From Octopus sinensis (lineage: Eukaryota): a DNA stretch of 64,000 bases. The stretch is from contig NC_042997.1 in the NCBI RefSeq assembly GCF_006345805.1, positions 182,714,001-182,778,000 of the forward strand. The letters are read 5' to 3'. How positions within the stretch are numbered: position 1 is the stretch's first letter; each line of letters opens with the position of its first letter. Under the pieces are notes generated by a model. The model was not told the DNA's origin, ran no database searches, and saw only the letters and a list, made by a program, of their open reading frames with translations. Below are positions 1 to 12,842 of the stretch, piece by piece. A program made the translations under genes and the position numbers.

Positions 1-1189
1 ATAACCTCAAGACCTATGATCAAAGCCATTCCAGTTGTAAACATTCAGTCTTTCGTTTTTACCTCAGCCACAATGTATCTAAAACTACATTATCCAGTAT
101 ATGTTGCCTTTTTCTGACACAGCATGGTTTAATTTGATATTGTAGTTACTATTTTTAAAGTTCATGCATGTTCATAGTGACTCCATCTTTAGCATGTTTG
201 TAGAGGTTTTTTCTTTGTGTAACACCAAATCAGCTTTGTAAGAAAATTCATGGTATGCAAGTAGTCAGCCACATAACAAGGTATGTAGGGCAGATATTGC
301 TGGCAATTTGGCTGCAGTTATTAGCAGGTTAGCTGACTGCACAGTGCAACAATTCTCAAATGGTGTGTTGCAGCACCTTGGTGATTTACAAGGATACCTA
401 GGTGCACCAAAGGTTTTTAAAATGAAATTTAAGGCTATAGAAAATCCTTACGAATGCTTGAGTGTTTTGAAAAATTTGTTATAAACAAATTTATAAAACA
501 TAGTAAACAATAATTTTCTATATATTTTTCTTTCAAATTTTAAAACTTTAAAACAGTTTTATTAACTTTCCATGGGAAGTGTGCCAGTAAACTTTTGATT
601 TCCAGAGTGTCATGAAATCAAAAAGATGGAAAGTATTTGTGTAAGGGCTCCCTCATTTTTTTTGTGTTTTTGATAAATGTGTATATACATCTACATATAT
701 ATTGATTATATAGTAACGCTTTTTTTTTTTCTGTGTATCATTTTTTATCCCGACAAAGAGGGTTTATTAAAGATGTATATTAGTCAAAGGAGCAGTTGTT
801 AATAATTCTTTCTATATTCTTTAACACAACTGCAATGCTCTTATTCATATAGTAGCTACACCTATTACTATAAGAACTATCATACATGATATCATTACTA
901 TAGGGACTACTTTATTATTTAAGAAAAGACAAACTGTTTGCAAGCTAAAACCTCCAAAAAGTAAAACTGCCAATATTGAAGATATATGCCAGTTTGTGAT
1001 ATGTTTTGGATAATCAATAAGATGTAATAATAGCAGATGCTACATTTGGAATTTACTAACAATCTTGATGTCCTTACAAAAAGGACAGCTGAAATTTCCA
1101 GAAGTTATATAATAAAACATTTTGTATGTTTGGTAAAAACACAAATCTAAATGTATACATCAGAAAATTATAATAAATAATCTGTCATG

Positions 1190-2690
1190 GAAAGTAAACA
1201 AACACTTTAGTTACTTCGTTATAATAAATACTTCACCATATTGAATAAACAAACAATTTAACCAATCAGTTATAGTTTATCACAATTAGTAAACAAACAC
1301 TATAGTCAGTTATAACAAACAGTTGATTAGACACACTGTAATGCTTTAGTCATTTGAAATCAGTGAATGAAATGGCTTTAAGGAATAAGAGGTACACTAA
1401 GATCTGTGAGGCTCAGTTTGAGGAAGAGTGGAAAAGGTGTGGAGGTTAGATACTATAAGCACCCCCTATGCACACCTATCTCTGAGCTGAGAAACAGGGA
1501 GACACCCTCTCTCTCTGTGTACACTCTCCATCTCTGGTTTGAATAAATAGTTCAAGATTCACAGTAAACACTAGTTATTTAGTTATAAGAAATACGTTGC
1601 TATACTCATTAACAAACACTTTGGTTCATTAGTTATAATAAATAAATCATACAATGAGTAAACAAACATTTTACTCAGTTTTAATAAATTATTAATCATA
1701 CTGAGTAAACAAACGGTTTAGACAGTTATAATTAATAGTTCACTATACTGAGTAAACAAACACATTACTCAGTTATCACAATATAGTCCACCATATTCAG
1801 TTAACACACTCTACCCATGTCTGTAGCAATAACTAGTTCCTCATACTCAATAAACACACTAATATGTCAGTAACAATAAATAGTTAACCACACTCAGTAA
1901 ATACACTCTAGTATGTCAGTAAAAAGTTTGGTCATTAGTTTACCATACACTGTAAATGCACTGTAAAATGTCAGTTCACCATGCTTAGTAAACAAACACT
2001 AACATGTCAGCAATAACAGTTAACCATATACTGTAAATAAATAAACACTCATTTGTCAATCATAATACATAGTTAACCATACTCAGTAAATACATACTAG
2101 TATGTAAGTGATAACAAATATTTCGTCATACTGACGTCATAGACAGTTAATTGTAATAAACAGTTCACCATACTCAATAAGTACACCCTAGTATGCCAGT
2201 AATAATAAATATTTCAGTATACTCAGTAAACACACTGTAATACACCTGTAATAATAAATAGTTCACCCATACTGAGTAAACACATTGTAGCATGCCTATA
2301 ATAATAAACAGTTTCACCATACTCAGTAAACACACTCTCTAGTATATCAATAATAATAAATAGTTCACACTCAGTAAACACAGACTTGAGTATGTAATAA
2401 TAAATAGTTCATTATGCTCAGTAAATACACTCTAGTATGCTGGGAAAAATAAATATATTACCATACTCAGTAAATACACACACTAGTTTGCCAATAATAA
2501 TAATAAGTGGTTCACCCATACTCAAATACGTACTCTAGTATGTAATAATAAATAGTTCACTATATTTAGTAAATACACACTTGGTATGTCAGTAATAAAA
2601 AATAGCTCACCATACTCAGTAAATGCACTTTAGTAAGTCAGTAATAATAAGTGGTTCACTACATTGAGTAAACACATTATTCTGCAGTTA
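1190..2690. repeat. Degenerate ~47-50-bp minisatellite (consensus approx. AGTTCACCATACTCAGTAAACACACTCTAGTATGTCAGTAATAATAAAT); decayed units persist to ~4.3 kb
   Basis: Recurrent catactcagtaaa / aataaatagttcac motifs at ~48-nt spacing, clearest at 1790-2690. Confidence 0.85.
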
Positions 2691-4530
2691 GTTGCAGCAG
2701 AACATTTAAGATATTTGAGAAACAAACACATCAGTGTAAGTCATCATAAAAAGCCCAAAATGCTCAACAAACACAGTAATGTCAAAATATACAACACAAC
2801 AGAAAACAGTTCAGTTTGCCCATTATAACAGGTAGTTCATAATAACAATTAGTATACCATGTGTATTCCATTTTTTAAAATTGGTACACCATATTCCTAC
2901 ATGTCATAAGAGGTAATTAGGAGAGTAGGCATCAGGAATTGTATCTGGTCATAAAACACTGCCTTAAAATGTCCCATTCAACCCATGCCAACATAGAAAA
3001 GTGGACATAAAAATGGTGATGATGAATATAGGCAAAAGGCTAGATATTTGGTAGTAAGGAGTGTAATCAATCTTATCAACCTCAGTGTTACTTGACTGGT
3101 ACTTTTTGTGGTCTGGAAGGATGAAAAGCAGTCAACCTCAACAGGATTCACAGCCAGAACACGAAGGGACATAATTCAATACTGTAAGGTATTTTGTCAG
3201 TACCTCTACATATTCTACCAAGCCACTACCTTCATTTCACAATAATCATTTAAAATCCAGTCAGACTGTTATAAGTTGTTTACCATTCTCAGTAAAGAAT
3301 GACATTAATGAGCCAGTTATACAGTTCACCATGCTCTATAAACAAACATTTACATAAACACACACACACACAAAACCCTATGCCTGAAAACCCCATGCAT
3401 CCACAAGTGAAACTCAGAGTAGCAAGAGAGTGACTTGACCAAAACAGCATGCATGCATACAAACATACATTGAACTTAGCAAATTAAATATTACTCAGTT
3501 AAAATAAACTGTTTGCCATACTCAGTACAAACACACAACCTTCTATAAACAGTTCATTCATCTTTGAATAAATACTACAGTTCACTGTATCCAATAAATA
3601 AAACCTCAAACATTCATTTCCCCATCCATGCTCTGTATGTGTAGGATGGTGTTCTTCTCTGAAGCTATCTTTATAACTTTCTGAAGCTAATCACAGAACT
3701 GTAAAGAAGGAATAAACATGTTGTTAGTCCAGCTTGGGTTCATGCTTAGCTTAAATGTGCAACACAACGGATTTCAAACGGCTCAAACTTATGACGATGT
3801 GCCCAATAGCGTAATTGCAAACTTATAGGAGCTCACATGTAGAAACAGTTACAACAAATTGTTTATCATACTCGCTCAACAAATATAACAATCAGTCCAT
3901 TATAATAAATGGCCCACAATATTCGGTTAATGCACAACACTGTTAGACAGTTCCCCATTCTCGAGAAACAAATAACCCGGTCAATAAATAATTCATTATG
4001 CTCAGTACACACACACACACAGACAGACACCAGTTCGATCAGTCATGAAAATTAGTTTACTATATTTGTTTAAAAAATGCCACCGAAGTCTGTCAGTTAT
4101 GATAAATAGTTTCTCATACTCAGTCTACACATACTATAATAGTCAGTCACTTCATGAATCCCAACAAAGAATGCACCACAGTCAGCCATTTACAATAAAC
4201 GATCCCCCAATGCTCAGTAAACACATATCACTTAATTAACAGTTCACTAGAGACAGTAAACGACCCTCCGCTACTCAATAAACAATTCACCAACACACGC
4301 TCACAATGTACATATCAAGATAAGTTATAGTACTTAGTTCACCAGATTGAGCAACATACACCCCCCTCCCTCGATCAAACAGGATAAATAAACAGTATGT
4401 AGTGAACACGTCCAGTGGTCTATTGTAAAGAGCTAGTTTTCATTCTCTTTCTTCTCCTTGTCATCATCTTAATTGTATTTGCTATTTACGCTTTGTCACT
4501 TTTTTCCCCATTTTGAAAAGAATTCTTTTT

Positions 4531-4536
4531 TTTATT
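4531..4536 (-). promoter_or_regulatory. Candidate polyadenylation signal AATAAA ~200 nt after the stop
   Basis: TTTATT on the + strand. The hexamer is common in AT-rich DNA, so a longer 3'UTR is possible. Confidence 0.35.
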
Positions 4537-4736
4537 ATATGCTGCCATTTAGATTTAGCAGTTTTAGTCAATCTCCTTTATCTACTCACACAATACTGTC
4601 CAGTTTTCTTAATCAATATCTCATTCACTAGCTTAATCCCAAACCTTCTCAGATCAGTTGCTAAACAGCTTTATAACAGACTCTTCTCACACAGAGAAGC
4701 TTGAGAGAGTTATATTTTTCTCTTTTGTTTTTGTGT

Positions 4737-5219
4737 TTACAATATTGAACAATAAGGAGATGCATATGACGCATATGATGCCATATAGTTCCATCTTCCT
4801 TCAGTCTCAGTTTTCCTTGTTTTCTCAGTTTGTGCATGAATTTCATCTTCCCAAACTTCGTCGTATTCTCTCTCGCTAATCTCACTGTCATCATCATCGC
4901 TGCTCTCCAGACTCCAGTCAGCAGGATAGGCAAGCATCCTCTCACAAGATGAGGAGGTTGAGGTTATCATTGTATTTCTGCTTCGACCGGCACCGCTGCC
5001 ACCACCGCCACTGCCGCCGCCACCACCACTACTGCTGCTGCTGCTACAGAAGCTGGCGCCAAGCTGAGAGGCAGAGCTTGGAGAGGTGTAACTCAGAGCT
5101 TTCATTCTGGAACTGTGGAATTTGTGGAAATGCTTGCCATCTTGACAGTCCATCAGGTATCCAATGATGGGCAGGGGAAGAGGGGATGCCCATGGATTAG
5201 GTTCTGGGATCGCTAGATT
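4737..5219 (-). CDS. Terminal exon 19 (160 aa: Pro-rich start, Ser/Gly linker, acidic patch, ...SPYCSIL*)
   Basis: tttgttttgcag acceptor; 483-nt open frame to TAA (track ORF 4737..5297); ends in CaaX CSIL. Confidence 0.92.
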   Translation of the reverse strand, partial: NLAIPEPNPWASPLPLPIIGYLMDCQDGKHFHKFHSSRMKALSYTSPSSASQLGASFCSSSSSSGGGGGSGGGGSGAGRSRNTMITSTSSSCERMLAYPADWSLESSDDDDSEISEREYDEVWEDEIHAQTEKTRKTETEGRWNYMASYASYASPYCSIL

Positions 5220-5307
5220 CTGCAAAACAAATGAAGTCATAAAACAGTAAATAAATAAATAAATAAATAACAAGGCGGGGTATGAACTCAGAGACATAAC
5301 TAAATAC

Positions 5308-5546
5308 CTATTTCTTTACTACTCACAAGGGGCTAAACACAGAGAGGACAAACAAGGACAGACAAACGGATTAAGTCGATTATACCGACCCCAGTGCGTA
5401 ACTGGTACTTAATTTATCAACCCCGAAAGGATGAAAGGCAAAGTCGGCCTTGGCAGAATTTGAACTCAGAACGTAACGGCAGACGAAATACCGCTGAGCA
5501 TTTCGCCCGGCATGCTAACGATTCTGCCAGCTCGCCGCCTTCTAAA
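5308..5546 (-). mobile_element. Young tRNA-derived SINE (family A; central CTTTCATCCTTTCGGGG..GATAAA..AAGTACCAG domain)
   Basis: tRNA-like head with A/B-box-like motifs; 11-bp TSD TAACTAAATAC at 5297-5307 and 5547-5557; many related copies in the window. Confidence 0.85.
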
Positions 5547-5701
5547 TAACTAAATACTGTCAGCTATTTTAACCGATACTCTACTGAAGCTGTCTAATTT
5601 TTGGTACATAACAATAAATTAAGGGTGACTGATTCAATCCTTACACTTGACTGATACTTATTTTATTAGCATGGCACTGCAGTGGTTTATTTTTGTATTA
5701 A

Positions 5702-5921
5702 CCCTTTCATTACTGTATTTATTTTGAGATGCTCTGTATTTCTTTCAATTACTTTAAATATAACAAAGAATTTAGTAAAATAACTTAGTTATCATTAAAC
5801 TGGTGTTGGGAACATAAATTGTAACTAAGGTTTGGTGGAAGATTTTAATTCAAAACTTATGAAAACAAGACATTTATACTCAGAGTCAGAGCCAGTTTCA
5901 GCCAGGTTGGTAACGAAAGGG
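5702..5921 (+). mobile_element. piggyBac-type MITE (220 bp)
   Basis: TTAA TSDs both sides; TIR CCCTTTC(A/G)TTAC. Confidence 0.8.
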
Positions 5922-5952
5922 TTAAAGAAAAATAAGAAAAATAAAAAGGTAC

Positions 5953-6033
5953 CTGCTTTAATTGGTATTGCAATAGATCAGCCATTGACTTTTGGTTTCT
6001 GCGATCTTTGAAAGACAATGGTGAACGACCATC
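5953..6033 (-). CDS. Exon 18 (DGRSPLSFKDRRNQKSMADLLQYQLKQ)
   Basis: tcttcttttcattcag acceptor, CAG|GTACC donor, 81 nt; continues the repeat (DK|DGRSPL). Confidence 0.92.
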
Positions 6034-6112
6034 CTGAATGAAAAGAAGATATGAACAGTGTATGATAAATGAATGATGGAAAGAATGATAAAAATAATAA
6101 ATAATGGCTTCT

Positions 6113-6270
6113 TAGCCACTGTGTGATTAAGAAGCCATTATTTGCAAAGATGTGGTTTAAGCCCCACTGCATAGTACCTTAGTACCTTCCGAAAGTGTTT
6201 TCTATTATAGCCTCAGGCGGACCAATGCCTTTTAAGTGAATTTGGTAGACATAAACTTTGTGGAAGCCTC

Positions 6271-6315
<45 letters not shown>

Positions 6316-6530
6316 GTCTTTGTGTCATTGTTTGTCTCCCAATACTGCTTGACAACCAGAGTTGGTTTGTTTAAGCCTCTGTAACTTAGTGGTTTGGCGA
6401 ATGAGTCCAATAGAATAGATACCAGACTTAAAAAAACAAGTACCGGGGTCAATTAAAACCCTTAAAGACAGTGTGCCAGCAATGCCACAGTTCAATGACT
6501 GATACAAGTAAAAGACAAAATGATAAATTT
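6113..6530 (+). mobile_element. tRNA/CORE-like SINE (family C) with internal (TG)n microsatellite
   Basis: Decayed tRNA-like head and CORE-like block, (TG)n at ~6272-6310, 3' part shared with 23975-24365 and 51400-51640. Confidence 0.7.
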
Positions 6531-6979
6531 AATAAATAATGAAAAGAATGTTAAAAAAAATTAATAATATTAGACTTTTAGCTGTTAGTAACTGGATTAT
6601 ATATTTTTGCAATATTTTTACTGGATACATCACAGGGCTGTGGCCATGCTGGGGTATTGCCTTTTAAAGAATAGTGGATTATATTGACCCCAATACATTT
6701 TTATTAACTGGTTGTTATTTTATTAATACTGGAAGAGTGAGCAGTAAAGATAACCTAGGCAGGATTTGAAATTAGCCAATCAATACATGCATTCACCAAT
6801 CTATTCATCCATATATACATATCCAACAGGTTTCTGCAAAGTTTTCATCAATCAGATTTTATTCACAAGGTCAACTTGAAGCTATGGTAGAAGACACTTA
6901 TCCAATGTGACACATAGTGAAATCAAAATTAGAACAATGTGTTTATTAAGCACTCAACTTCTACATTATAGGCCATAAA

Positions 6980-7800
6980 TGTACAGAAATATGCAAACAT
7001 ACATATACACTAGTATATCTAAATTTCTTGTATAAACATGCCCTATTTCTTTATAACAAAATTCTGAATTATTACAATTACAATCTCCTAGATATATTTT
7101 TTTTAAACTTTCGAGACTGACTTTTGATAGGAGCTTGTTATAATTAAATAAGATACTACTTATCTTCTTACCAAGCTTATAACAAATTTTGACATTTATA
7201 TGTCTAAAATTTTCTGGCAAAAGTTTTTTTTTTTTTTTTTTCTAATTACATTATCTAAATTAACATCAATGAAATTACTAACATAGTATCTTTAAATACT
7301 CAACTTTAACATTATTGGCTTTCACTTCAGCCATTTTCATTAACCAATTACAAAAACTATCCACTAAAAAACTAACTTCAAATAACTCTCTATGGCATAT
7401 ATTTATTATTTCTTTAAGTTCTGCATAAGAACACTCTCTTAACATTATATATCAACCATAATATTCTTTCTTTATATATAAATCATTAAGTTTATCCCAA
7501 ATCAATGAAGCATCTTTTCTAACCTTATTTCTGTTCTTAATCCTACGTCCATGGCTATGTTTCCTTCTAATCACTGGTTATGAGAAATATATTCCTCCTG
7601 TATCAGTATTACTAGATGTTCCCTACACCTAAAATTTTATCATTAAGGCCTAGAGGGTATCTGCTACATAATACCTTAATCCCAAACCACTCTTCTTCTA
7701 AAAGTTTCTGTCTAATATTATCCATACTGCTATTTATTTGACCAATTATTTGAAGCTTATTGTTTTTAAACCCTAAGCTATGCTCTCTAAAGTGTTCATA
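6980..7800 (-). mobile_element. Heavily decayed LINE 3' remnant, possibly L1/Tx1-like
   Basis: Fragmentary coding-like minus-strand text (xGLGL-like motif); many stops; class uncertain. Confidence 0.25.
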
Positions 7801-8639
7801 AATTTTGACAATGTTCTCTTAATTTTTCTCTACCAAATCCATTCATGAAGCTTTGGTCAACCCAGACCTATATTATATTTGGGACTGAACCCAAAACCAC
7901 ATGGTTAGGAATCAAATCTCTTAACTACGTAGCCATGCTTGTATCAGGCCTTATTTTTAAAATTCTAAAAAGACTAATATATTACCTGAAAAGACTAATA
8001 TATTTACAATTTTTATTTTAAATGGCTTTACATACATTTTTGTTATTCAAAACAAATAAGTTTAATGCCAGGCTTCTAACAAGAAAGATTGTAAAGTTCT
8101 TTTGAACTGAATGTTAATCAGAAAAAAAAACATTCTTTTTTGTTCTATAGATTTAGTCTACATTTAAAGTTCCAAATACACATTGAAATGTAAAGGGCAA
8201 ACATTTTCACAAAACCTCCTTCAATGCTACTCCACCACACAATTGAGGAATCTTGTCTTGCATGTAATTTGGTGACTTTGTTGGTACTAGTGTTGTATAA
8301 AAAGCAAACAGTACACTCTGTAAAGTGGTTGGTGTTAGGAAGGGCATCCATCTGTAGAAATCCTGTCAAAGCAGACAGTGAAGCATAAAGTCCTCTGGAT
8401 TGCCAGCTTCTATCAAACTCTCTAACCTATGCCAGCATTGAAAATGCATGTTAAATGATGATGGTGATGATGAGATTCCTGAGATTCGCCAACACTACAC
8501 CTGATTTTCTCCCCTCCATACACACGTAAGCATGTATCTGACTCATACACTGTTCACTTCCCAGACGTTTGTACATTACTGCATATGCTTTATATGCACT
8601 TTAGACAACTGGTGCACCTGAGCACTGTATACAATAATT

Positions 8640-8675
<36 letters not shown>

Positions 8676-8694
8676 ATGATGATGAAACACATAC

Positions 8695-8796
8695 CTTATC
8701 AACAGTGAACTCAGAACATCCATAATCAATCAATATATTTGACATTTCATTATCTTCAGGCATTCCGTGTGCATAGTGAAGAGCAGTTCGATAAAA
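8695..8796 (-). CDS. Exon 17 (FYRTALHYAHGMPEDNEMSNILIDYGCSEFTVDK)
   Basis: ttttcccccgccag acceptor, GTATGT donor, 102 nt; ankyrin repeat; inside track ORF 8590..8835. Confidence 0.95.
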
Positions 8797-8903
8797 CTGG
8801 CGGGGGAAAAAAAGGAAATTACAATGCAAATACAAAATGAATTTAAAAATAAAATATTGTTAGAAACTGTGATGTGATAAATCCTTCACAAACACAAATA
8901 TAG

Positions 8904-9119
8904 GAAGTATATTTGCCACTTAAATGTGGCTAACCACTAAGGGTAGATGCTACTGTAGCTTGTAGCCCCAGGAGAACATCTCCAGCTGGCTATTGACACA
9001 CTTTCTGTGCCCAGCCAGAAAGTGTGTCAAAAGCCAGCTGGAGATGTTCTCCTGGGGCTACAAGCTACAGTAGCATCTACCCTTAGTGGTTAGCCACATT
9101 TAAGTGGCAAATATACTTC
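8904..9119. repeat. Near-perfect inverted repeat: 104-bp arms, 1 mismatch, 8-nt loop
   Basis: 8904-9007 is the reverse complement of 9016-9119; loop TGCCCAGC. Confidence 0.95.
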
Positions 9120-9450
9120 ACATTGTTGTGCAGCTACTGTTTATACCTCGTTCAGAGATTTATTATTACAAATATAGGAATCAGCTGTAAAGTTTATTAG
9201 ATATTAAATTATTCACAGCCAGGACAATGTCAATCAATAACTGATAATTGGGTTGAAGATGCAGACTAACTATGTGTTCAAAAGGGAATTTAATTACAAA
9301 AGGTATTTTAGAAATTCATAGAGACAAGAGAAAAATGCATTTAGTATATTATTAACTGCTTATGCATTAAAAACTGCTCTGGTCAGATAATTTGAAAGAA
9401 AGAGAAAATGGGTAAAAATTAATTAGTAACATACTAAGAAGTATACTAAC

Positions 9451-9570
9451 CTGGTCTCTTAAAGAGTCAAGACTTAGCTTATTTTTATAAACAAGGGTGT
9501 GAACTAATGTCCTTACAATTGGGACATAACATCTAAGAACTGCCTTGTGAAGTACAGGTTGACCATCGCC
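9451..9570 (-). CDS. Exon 16 (GDGQPVLHKAVLRCYVPIVRTLVHTLVYKNKLSLDSLRDQ)
   Basis: ctgctttctctag acceptor, GTTAGT donor, 120 nt; ankyrin repeat. Confidence 0.93.
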
Positions 9571-10247
9571 CTAGAGAAAGCAGAAGATTTCATATGGATT
9601 ATTAATCATCGAGATAAAGAATAAATAAATGTTAAAGGAAAATTATATGACATCATAGAACATATGAACCAATAATTCTAGAGTTCTAAGTGGTTTATGT
9701 GCTTCAACACTGCATAAAAACATTTTTGAAGATGATTAGACATACTTCCTTATAAAGAATAAACAAATGTTTCAACATTTTCAGTCACATTCCTTTACAC
9801 ACACACATTTTATTTGCATATAAATTTTAAAAAAAAACCATATATACATACATCGTATGCTTTACATTTAACCTACTCAATCCTACCCTCTCTTTTATTT
9901 CATGATTCATGTACTCGTGCTTCATACTTTTTTGTTGTACACGTTTCATGACGTCCTGTGCCCACATATGCATATATACATATATACGTATAAATGTAAG
10001 TATGTACACATAGGTATGTATATATGCATATATGTATATTATTTATATTATTTATATATATATATATATACACACACACATATATATATATCACCATCAT
10101 CATCATTTCAGAACTACAACAATTTACAAGGCATGTTTAGATGAAATTTACACTTCTTTTGTATAATGTGTACATTGTAAATAGTCATGGAGAAAAACAG
10201 ATATGCAAAATTTGTTGGGCATTGCATTGAAAGAAACTTTGGTTTAC

Positions 10248-10373
10248 CTTGTATCTGGCACCAGCAAGGCAAGGTTCAAATGCAGAAAGTTCTGGGTCAT
10301 TAGTAATTAAGTTGTTAGTTACTTCCTCCACATTTCCTTCAACAACAGCAGTAACAAATAATTTGATTTTCTC
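10248..10373 (-). CDS. Exon 15 (EKIKLFVTAVVEGNVEEVTNNLITNDPELSAFEPCLAGARYK)
   Basis: tttattgcag acceptor, GTAAAC donor, 126 nt; inside track ORF 10185..10379. Confidence 0.92.
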
Positions 10374-10547
10374 CTGCAATAAATATAATCAGTCACCTGT
10401 TAAAGTAGCATTTCTTCACAGTAACATCTATCATGTCTTTTCAAACACACAGGCATGTAATTTTTTTATTTTTACAAATACATAATAATGATATTTTTTG
10501 ACAAAGCACATGACACAATTTAAAGATGATTATAGATGATTTAGATT

Positions 10548-11200
10548 CATCATCATCATCGTTTAACGTCTGCTTTTCATGCTAGCATGGGTTGGATGAT
10601 TTTTGACTGAGGACTGGAGAATTAGATGACTGCACCAGGCTCCAATCTGATCTGACAGTTTCTACAGCTGGATGCCCTTCCTTACGCCAACCACTCTGAG
10701 AGTGTAGTGAGTGCTTTTACGTGCCACTGGCATGAGGGCCAGTCAGGCAGTACTGTCAATGGCCATGCTCAAATGGTGTTTTTTATGTGCCACCTGCACA
10801 GGAGCCAGTCCAGCGGCACTGGCAACAACCTCGCTCAAATGTTTTTTCACATGCCACCAGCACAAGTGCCAGTAAGGCGATGCTTGTAACGATCACACTC
10901 GAATGGTGCTTTTTACGTGCCACCGGCACGAAAGCCAGTTATCTCTCTGGTAACGATCACACCCAGATAATGCTCTTAGCACTCCACCAGCACGGATGCC
11001 AGTCATCGAATTTGATTTCGATTTCACTTGCCTCAACAAGTCTTCACAAGCAGAGTTTAGTGTCCAATAAAGGAAAGGTACACATAAGTGGGCTGGTTAC
11101 ACCCATGGCATAGGCCACAAGATTATGGTCTCATTTGGCTTGCCAGGTCTTCTCAAGCACAGCATATTTCCAAAGGTCTGAGTCACTAGTCATTGCCTTG
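10548..11200 (-). mobile_element. RTE-LINE 3'-end derived repeat (family B) with (GAT)n tail
   Basis: GGTTGGCGTAAGGAAGGGCATCCAGCTGTAGAA block and GATGAT tail, matching the 3' end of the RTE at 35.6-38.8 kb. Confidence 0.8.
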
Positions 11201-11516
11201 GTGAGGAGTCATTCTCAGAATATTGGTTTCATTTGGCACAAGGCTAGCAAGTTTGGGAAAGTGGGTTTATTACATCAACCCCAGTGCTTACTTGCTACTT
11301 ATTCTATTGACACTGAAAGGATGAAAGACAAAGTCAACCACGGCAGAATATGAACTCAGAACACAAAGATGGACAAAATTCCACTAAGCTTTTCTGCCTG
11401 GTGTACTAATAATTCTGCCGGCACTGTATTAATTGACACAGAATACTTCTTGTACGTATTTTGTCGACCTTGAAACAGAAAAATTATGGATAATTTTCAA
11501 TATTCAGAAAACTTAC

Positions 11517-11612
11517 CTGATATCTGCTAAAATTTTGAAAGGCTGAGTTATTTGGAGTAGGGGATTTCTGAGAAAGACTAGATGAATCTTCACTTTCTTC
11601 TGAAGGATTGTT
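11517..11612 (-). CDS. Exon 14, Ser-rich linker (NNPSEESEDSSSLSQKSPTPNNSAFQNFSRYQ)
   Basis: tcttttcctccag acceptor, CAG|GTAAGT donor, 96 nt. Confidence 0.85.
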
Positions 11613-11654
11613 CTGGAGGAAAAGACATGAATATTCAAGTACATAATACATAAT

Positions 11655-11740
11655 GATAATAATAAAATAATAATAATAATAATAATAATATTAATAATGA
11701 TAATAATAATAATAATAATTATTATTATTATTATTATTAT
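11655..11740. repeat. (AAT)n/(ATT)n microsatellite
   Basis: Directly visible. Confidence 0.95.
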
Positions 11741-12229
11741 TAAACTACTGGATTAAAATCAACACTAATCACAAATGTAGCTCTCAGAAAGTATGTGAAT
11801 ATGTATATTAGTATGTACAAATGTGTGTGTTTGTGTGTGTGTGTATCATCATCATCATCGTTTAATGATCACGTTTGAATGGTGCTTTTATGTGCCACTG
11901 GTACAGGAAGCCTTCAGGCAGCACTGGCAACTACCCATGTATGAATGGTGCTTATTGTGTGCCACCAGCATGGGAGCCAGTCAGGCAGCAATGGCATTGG
12001 CCACAATTACAATTTCCATTTTGGTTTTGATTTGATTGAGATTCTGACTGAGATTTTGATTTTACTTGACTCAATAGGTCTCCATGAGTACGGCATGTCG
12101 CCCAATGATTCAAAGGTACTTTTTAAATAGGCCGGTCATGCGACACTGGTATAGGTCACAGCTGTGATCTCACTTTACTTGCAGAGTCCTCTCAATCACT
12201 GTTACCTTCCCAGAAGATTTTATACCTAT

Positions 12230-12480
12230 GTGCCTAGCCTGTGAGGACCCTGGCTAAAGCTCCCCTCTTGTATGCAGCATACATCAACACGTCTCCATTC
12301 AAGCATCTCTACAATCTCACTAGACCTACCTTTCAATGTGCCTACATTGACATTGCCAACTCTAAAAACTGGGAGAGGAATTTGGGAGGAAACCTGGGAA
12401 AGGGAGATGTTATTCAGTGCCTGAAAAGAAGGTTTCCATGTTTGTCTGATATACATGTTACACCTGTTCTCACTTTTGAT
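12230..12480 (-). mobile_element. RTE LINE fragment, endonuclease N-terminus
   Basis: Track ORF 12226..12456: RVGNVNVGTLKGRSSEIVEMLEWRRVDVCCIQE (APE motif I); preceded by decayed family B sequence at 11845-12230. Confidence 0.8.
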
Positions 12481-12842
12481 CTGTCATCATTCAAACATTC
12501 AAGCATGTCAATATTGTTGCCCCTACTGGAGGTAGGAGTAAGTGTTAGTGGTGTTGTAAGTATAAGTGTTATGAACATCGTAAATTTAAGCATTACTGGT
12601 GCTGCAGATATAAGTATAGATAAATAAAAGCAAATATGAATATCAATATGCCAATGTTAGATTAAGTAGGTGGGCTGCTAAACTAGTTGCATTTGTCCCA
12701 GGAGAAAGAGGAGGAGAGGAGGGAGGTGAAATTGCAGACATGGTAGAGGATACTGCCAATGAGGGAAGGGGTTTCCGGTGAGTGAAGAGAGATATCCAGT
12801 ATTGGTGGTGGGGGTGGAATAGGCAGGTGCACTGTGAACAAG

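Noticed and set aside
1190-2690. CRISPR-like repeat/spacer array
   Set aside because: The whole unit is repeated and degenerate, with no constant repeat plus unique spacers; eukaryotic context; no cas genes.
9827-10144. Y/I/C/V-rich ORFs here and at 28758, 38808, 47087, 48648, 51535, 62474
   Set aside because: Translations of (TA)n/(TG)n microsatellites.
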